Below, in pieces: positions 59,731-64,000 of a stretch of DNA of 64,000 nucleotides. The position numbers and the translations under genes are program-made. How positions within the stretch are numbered: the first letter of the stretch is position 1; each line of letters starts with the position of its first letter. The DNA is from a bacterium (GTDB lineage: Bacteria > UBA8248), in the NCBI GenBank assembly GCA_965261085.1, contig OZ253442.1:2720001-2784000 (forward strand), read 5' to 3'. Below the pieces are notes generated by a model. The model had not been told where the DNA came from. It did no database searches and worked only from the letters and a program-made list of their open reading frames with translations.

Positions 59731-59904
59731 TCATCTATCGAGTTCTTCGAGTTTTTCCAGTATTTCGAGCAGATGAGGCTTTCCCCCCGCCGGTGGCCGC
59801 CAACGTACGTGCGTCACGGCCACGTTCTGGCTCTTTAGTTCATCCGCGAATATCTCTAGCCCCAGATTAACGACCCGGAGCGGTTTTTGACGCAAATCTT
59901 TCAT
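59731..59904 (-). CDS. Small FdrA-associated protein (57 aa), below the track's size cutoff
   Basis: MKDLRQKPLRVVNLGLEIFADELKSQNVAVTHVRWRPPAGGKPHLLEILEKLEELDR; the VxNxGL..F...L.....V..V.W.PPAGG motif is typical of the FdrA C-terminal extension or partner peptide. Confidence 0.75.
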   Translation of the reverse strand: MKDLRQKPLRVVNLGLEIFADELKSQNVAVTHVRWRPPAGGKPHLLEILEKLEELDR

Positions 59905-59907
59905 GGT

Positions 59908-61395
59908 CTATGCGTCCTCCACCAAATCAGGCCGCAATAAGGCAGCGGCGAAGCGCGTCGCCTGTGCGTTCGAGGGCAGGACCACGACGCCGACCTCTTC
60001 CAAAATCCGCATCTGCTCATCCATATCTTGTGGATCATCGGCCGTTCCCACCACCGAGGCGACGAAAACCAAATCCTTCGCCTTCTTTCTCACCTCTTTT
60101 ATCGCGCGCGCCAGAGGGACCGCCGGGTCCTGCGCGCTTGCCCCGCCCAGCATCAGATCGAACAAGATCACCCCGACGCTATCATCCGTCGCAGATTGCA
60201 CGATGAGTTCCGCGCGGGACTCGGGGTCTATCATGGGATGGGGTTTCCCTACCGTATAACGATCATCTCCCAGGTCGAGAACCCGGTGGCGGCCCGCCTC
60301 CTCGTTCCAGGACACACCGCCGAGCAACGACTCCAGAATCAGATAGCTCTCGTGGGCAAGCGTGCCGCCGGAGAAAAGCCCCAGAACGCCCCCGCCTTTC
60401 GGCTTCAAGGAAGTGATTTTCTCCTTCAGCCCAGCCTGAGCGAAGAAATTTTCCGGCTCGTATCTCTCACCTTTCAAAATCGCCGCCACGGCGTGGCCCG
60501 CATCCTCCAGAGTCTCCGCCCATCCCGGGTTTCGCGCACCCAAAAAGCAGACGACATGCGGCTTATTGAAGTTTTTGAGCGCCTCTTCGATCTTGCGCAA
60601 TACCTCCACATCGGGCGGCTTGGATATGAGCGCCACGATTTCTGTATCAGGATCACTCGATAAAAAATCGAGCGCGTGAAGTGTCATCAAACCGCCCACC
60701 TCGGCGGATAAATCACGTCCGCCCACGCCTATGCCGTGGGAAATTCCCTCGCCCAGGGCATCGAGTTGTGAAACGAGAGACTGAAGACCGGTACCCGAAG
60801 CGGCAATGCAACCCACGCGTCCGGGTTTCACCACGTTGGCGAAACCGAGTCCTACGCCGCCGATGTGCGCCGTTCCGCAGTCAGGGCCCATCAGGAGAAG
60901 ACCGCGCTTGATGGCCTCTCGCTTGAGCGCCACCTCATCATCCACCGGCACGTTGTCGCTGAACAGGAATACATGGAGCCCGCTGCGCAGGGCGCTCATG
61001 GCCTCTTTTGGGGCATAGGCGCCGGGCACGGAAATCATCGCGAGGTTCGAATCAGGCGCTGCGGCGAGCGCTCCCGCCAAGCTCGAGGGCGAAAAATCGC
61101 TCACGCCGCCACCGACGACCCGTTCTTGCGTCAAAAGGGCTTTCGCCTCTTCAATCGCTTCCAGCGCGAGTTCTAACGAATCCGCCTCAACGGCGAGAAC
61201 CAGATCATTCGGCCCGGCATCGACCTTGTTTTCCTCGGCCAATCCCGCCTGAAGCAAGATATCCCGATTCGCAGGCGTGCCCATGAGCGCCGCCATCTCG
61301 GCTATACCCGGCTTTTTGCGAATCTCGCGCGCGAGGCGCATCAATTTAACGGAGTCCTGGTAGAACGAAGGGAGTACGAGCCTTGCGAATGGCAA
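59908..61395 (-). CDS. fdrA: Acyl-CoA synthetase-like protein FdrA/YahF
   Basis: YQDSVKLM, MGTPAN, ISVPGAYA, FLFSDNV, MGPDCGT, ASGTG, GGRDLS, DLGDD.YT.GKPHPMIDP. Confidence 0.9.
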   Translation of the reverse strand: MPFARLVLPSFYQDSVKLMRLAREIRKKPGIAEMAALMGTPANRDILLQAGLAEENKVDAGPNDLVLAVEADSLELALEAIEEAKALLTQERVVGGGVSDFSPSSLAGALAAAPDSNLAMISVPGAYAPKEAMSALRSGLHVFLFSDNVPVDDEVALKREAIKRGLLLMGPDCGTAHIGGVGLGFANVVKPGRVGCIAASGTGLQSLVSQLDALGEGISHGIGVGGRDLSAEVGGLMTLHALDFLSSDPDTEIVALISKPPDVEVLRKIEEALKNFNKPHVVCFLGARNPGWAETLEDAGHAVAAILKGERYEPENFFAQAGLKEKITSLKPKGGGVLGLFSGGTLAHESYLILESLLGGVSWNEEAGRHRVLDLGDDRYTVGKPHPMIDPESRAELIVQSATDDSVGVILFDLMLGGASAQDPAVPLARAIKEVRKKAKDLVFVASVVGTADDPQDMDEQMRILEEVGVVVLPSNAQATRFAAALLRPDLVEDA

Positions 61396-61396
61396 T

Positions 61397-61582
61397 TTAT
61401 TTTACTTCTTGGGCGGGCGGGGCGAAAGGCTCTTGCGTTTTCTCGATTGAGGCGGAAGACATCGTCAAGAGCATTTCCGCCACCTCATCCGCATAGGCGG
61501 CGACCCGCTCCTCATCCTCCAGGCCGAAAACGTCTTGCGCCATCCGCCCGATTTGCGCAGCAATCTTTGATTGATCGTTCAT
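61397..61582 (-). CDS. Small acidic protein (61 aa), possible GatC/AtzG-like amidase subunit
   Basis: MNDQSKIAAQIGRMAQDVFGLEDEERVAAYADEVAEMLLTMSSASIEKTQEPFAPPAQEVK; GGGGAG RBS; ATGA overlap with the ubiX stop. Confidence 0.55.
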   Translation of the reverse strand: MNDQSKIAAQIGRMAQDVFGLEDEERVAAYADEVAEMLLTMSSASIEKTQEPFAPPAQEVK

Positions 61583-62193
61583 GTGCTCGTCTCCCCATTC
61601 TGACGCACCGCAAGGCTCTTTCGCTCGGGGTGCTGACCCCGCCACTGCTCGAAGAGGTTTTGCTCGAGCCCCAGGCACGTCAGGGTCTTGCCCACGACGT
61701 GATCGATCAGATCCTCCATCGTCTGGGGCTTGAAGTAGAATCCCGGCGATGCAGGAAGAATGAAAACCCCCATCAACGCGAGTTTGTGCATGTTTTCCAG
61801 ATGAATCGCCGAAAGCGGCATTTCGCGCGGCAAGAGAACGAGTTTTTTCTGTTCCTTGAGCATCACGTCCGCCGCGCGGCAGATGAGGTTTTCGCCTGTG
61901 CCTGTGGCAATCTGCCCGAGCGTCTTCAAGGAGCAAGGCGCTATCACCATCGCATCGAAACCAGCGCTCCCGCTCGCGGGACGCGCCCCGATGTCGCTTT
62001 CGGGATGAACGACGCTCGCCCACGAAGACAGCCTGGCGAGGTCCACATCCGTCTCATAGGCCAGAACACGAATCCCCACCTTGGAGACGACCAAGTGGGT
62101 CTCCACCTCGGGATACGCATCGTGTAAAACCTCCATGAGGCGCACACCGTATATCGAGCCCGAAGCACCCGTTACGCCCACAACCAGTTTCAT
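61579..62193 (-). CDS. ubiX: Flavin prenyltransferase UbiX
   Basis: VGVTGASG, PASGS, APCSLKTL, RAADVMLKE, REMPL, PGFY. Confidence 0.93.
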   Translation of the reverse strand: MKLVVGVTGASGSIYGVRLMEVLHDAYPEVETHLVVSKVGIRVLAYETDVDLARLSSWASVVHPESDIGARPASGSAGFDAMVIAPCSLKTLGQIATGTGENLICRAADVMLKEQKKLVLLPREMPLSAIHLENMHKLALMGVFILPASPGFYFKPQTMEDLIDHVVGKTLTCLGLEQNLFEQWRGQHPERKSLAVRQNGETST

Positions 62194-62218
62194 CGGAAAA
62201 CCCCGCTCTCCATGAGAT

Positions 62219-63109
62219 TCACAAGCGCGTCTTCGAAACCTTCTCGTAGTCACGATACAACAGGGTGAAATCTTTTTCGATCATTCCGCGTTTAACGGCT
62301 TTTTCCAGAAACTCTAGTGTGGCTTCCCCGTGCACCGTCTGCGCCCTGTGCTTCTTGCCCATTTTAACAGCCATACCGACGTCTTTGATCATGTTGTAGA
62401 CGCGCGACTTGCCGTCCCATTTCTCGGACAATATGTGGTTCGGGAAGCGGAACTGGCTCGCGTAGCTCCTCGCGTTCGATACGTTGAACACGTTGATCAT
62501 GTCCTCCACCTTGAGTCCCACCTTCTCCGCGAGTTTTCCTCCCTCGCAAGTCGCCATGAAGATGGAGTGGCAAACCATGTTGTGGATCAGCTTCATGGCA
62601 TGGCCCGCGCCGCTTTCGCCCAGATAAAAAAGATCGTCGGCTATCGGCTTCAAAAATATTTTCGTCCGGCGATACGCCTTCTCATCCCCGCCTATCATGA
62701 GCGTCAACGTGCCTGCGGCCGCACCCGTGGCGCCCCCACTCATGCCGGCGTCGAGATAAGCCACCCCCTTCGCCTTCGCGCGCCGGGCTATCTGACGGGT
62801 CACAGCAGGGTCCGAACTCGTGAAATCATATAGCACCAGATTCTTTCGCGCGTTCGCCAGAACACCCGTTTTTCCCTTCAAAGACTCATTGATTTCCGGC
62901 GACCCCGGGACCACGAAGAAGATGATGCCCGCCTGAGCGGCCATCTCGCCCGGCTCCATTACCTCAACGCCTCGTTTTTTCTCCCATGGCTCCCTCGCCT
63001 CGGGAGCCACGTCCCAGACCATCAAGGGGGTTTTCGCCTTGTGCAGATTCCCGGTGACGCCGCGCCCCATGTTCCCCAAACCCACCACGCCTACTTTCGC
63101 TTGCGCCAT
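62219..63109 (-). CDS. NAD(P)-dependent beta-hydroxyacid dehydrogenase family protein
   Basis: VGVVGLGNMG, LDAGMSGG, LTLMIGG, GAGHAMKLIHN. Confidence 0.9.
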   Translation of the reverse strand: MAQAKVGVVGLGNMGRGVTGNLHKAKTPLMVWDVAPEAREPWEKKRGVEVMEPGEMAAQAGIIFFVVPGSPEINESLKGKTGVLANARKNLVLYDFTSSDPAVTRQIARRAKAKGVAYLDAGMSGGATGAAAGTLTLMIGGDEKAYRRTKIFLKPIADDLFYLGESGAGHAMKLIHNMVCHSIFMATCEGGKLAEKVGLKVEDMINVFNVSNARSYASQFRFPNHILSEKWDGKSRVYNMIKDVGMAVKMGKKHRAQTVHGEATLEFLEKAVKRGMIEKDFTLLYRDYEKVSKTRL

Positions 63110-63133
63110 CTTTCATTCCTCTCCTTGCCGTGT

Positions 63134-64000
63134 CTAACGGGCCAATTGCTCTTGCGCCGACCCGGGCGAATACATTTTCAGCGGGTCTTTCCCGAAGAAA
63201 ATCTCGCCGTCCTCTCCGCGCGTGAGGCGCGTCACGAAACTGCAATCCACCTCGTTCGTCTCGGGATAATCCAGCCTGAAGTGGGCGCCCCGGCTCTCTT
63301 TCCTGTTCAGGGCGGCGGTGGCGAGCAGTTTCCCCAGAAGCGCCAGATTTCTGACCGAAAGCGCGCTCTCGAGTTCCTGGCCCTTTGTTTTCTCGGATGA
63401 GCGCGCACCAGCATCGAGTCGCATGCGGGGCATTTCCTCGCTCTCGATGCGTTCAAACTCATCCAGCGCATGTTGGCAGCCCTCGGCGTCGCGTAACGGA
63501 CCCAGCTTCTCGTGCGCGAGCATCCGGCAGCGCATGCGCACATCCCTCTGGAGGGGGCCTTCTTTGCGGTGGATAAGCCCTTCCAACCAGGAAAGTTCCG
63601 ATTCGGGAATGCCCCCGAAAACCGGCGGTGTGTCACCGTCACTCTCTTTCACCTGTGCGGAGACCGCCCCTCCGGCCCGCCTTCCGTAGACCAGAGAGGC
63701 CGAGAGTGCTGAACCGCCGATCCGGTTTCCGCCGTGGATGCCGCCCCCCGTCTCGCCCGCGGCCCAAAGGCCAGGCACGCGCGTTTTCCCGTCGACGTCG
63801 ATCTCAAGCCCCCCGAGCCAGGTATGGCTGCCGGGAGCCACCTCCAGGGGCTTTTTGGTGATGTCGATGCCGCGAGAGAGACACGTTTTGTACACGTGGG
63901 GAATCTGTTTCTGGATCGTTTCCATGGGGACGCGGGTGGCGTCCATATAGATGCCGCCCGTGAGGCCCGCGCGGCCCGCGTGGATTTCCTTCGCCATCGC
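63134..64000 (-). CDS. FAD-dependent oxidoreductase of the succinate dehydrogenase/fumarate reductase/L-aspartate oxidase family, 5' end outside the window
   Basis: HTWLGG, PGLWAAGE, GIHGGNRIGG, RKESRGAHFRLDYP. Confidence 0.88.
   Translation of the reverse strand, partial: AMAKEIHAGRAGLTGGIYMDATRVPMETIQKQIPHVYKTCLSRGIDITKKPLEVAPGSHTWLGGLEIDVDGKTRVPGLWAAGETGGGIHGGNRIGGSALSASLVYGRRAGGAVSAQVKESDGDTPPVFGGIPESELSWLEGLIHRKEGPLQRDVRMRCRMLAHEKLGPLRDAEGCQHALDEFERIESEEMPRMRLDAGARSSEKTKGQELESALSVRNLALLGKLLATAALNRKESRGAHFRLDYPETNEVDCSFVTRLTRGEDGEIFFGKDPLKMYSPGSAQEQLAR

Overview
GC-rich, gene-dense chromosomal window from a diderm bacterium (it has a DcaP-type porin and a ccsA-hemA-hemC-hemD-hemB operon). 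The gene set suggests a deltaproteobacterial, Nitrospinota or Tectomicrobia-like heterotroph, which is inference only. Housekeeping loci are mtaB, glnA with a GlnR-like regulator, meaB, cutA, thiolase/crotonase, hem, pyrDK, plsC and tRNA-Gly(GCC). These are interspersed with many catabolic genes: a NitT/TauT ABC transporter, SDRs, LLM oxidoreductases, VOC proteins, two incomplete molybdenum-hydroxylase loci and an FdrA-amidase-UbiX operon. Signals the ORF track misses or mis-calls: (1) two probable selenoproteins with in-frame TGA exactly at the catalytic Cys position, a DsbA/FrnE protein with UPWC (12367-13023) and a two-domain rhodanese with YUQTGYR followed by a SECIS-like hairpin (53838-54674); (2) a two-gene module with its own sigma70 promoter, encoding a small basic protein and a PARP/diphtheria-toxin-like ADP-ribosyltransferase-fold protein, a candidate new toxin-antitoxin or defence system (32498-33426); (3) a HEPN toxin disabled by internal deletion next to its intact MNT antitoxin; (4) two probable non-canonical starts (CTG, ATC); (5) a multi-stem leader upstream of the porin. 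No CRISPR array, rRNA, intact transposase or integrase was seen.
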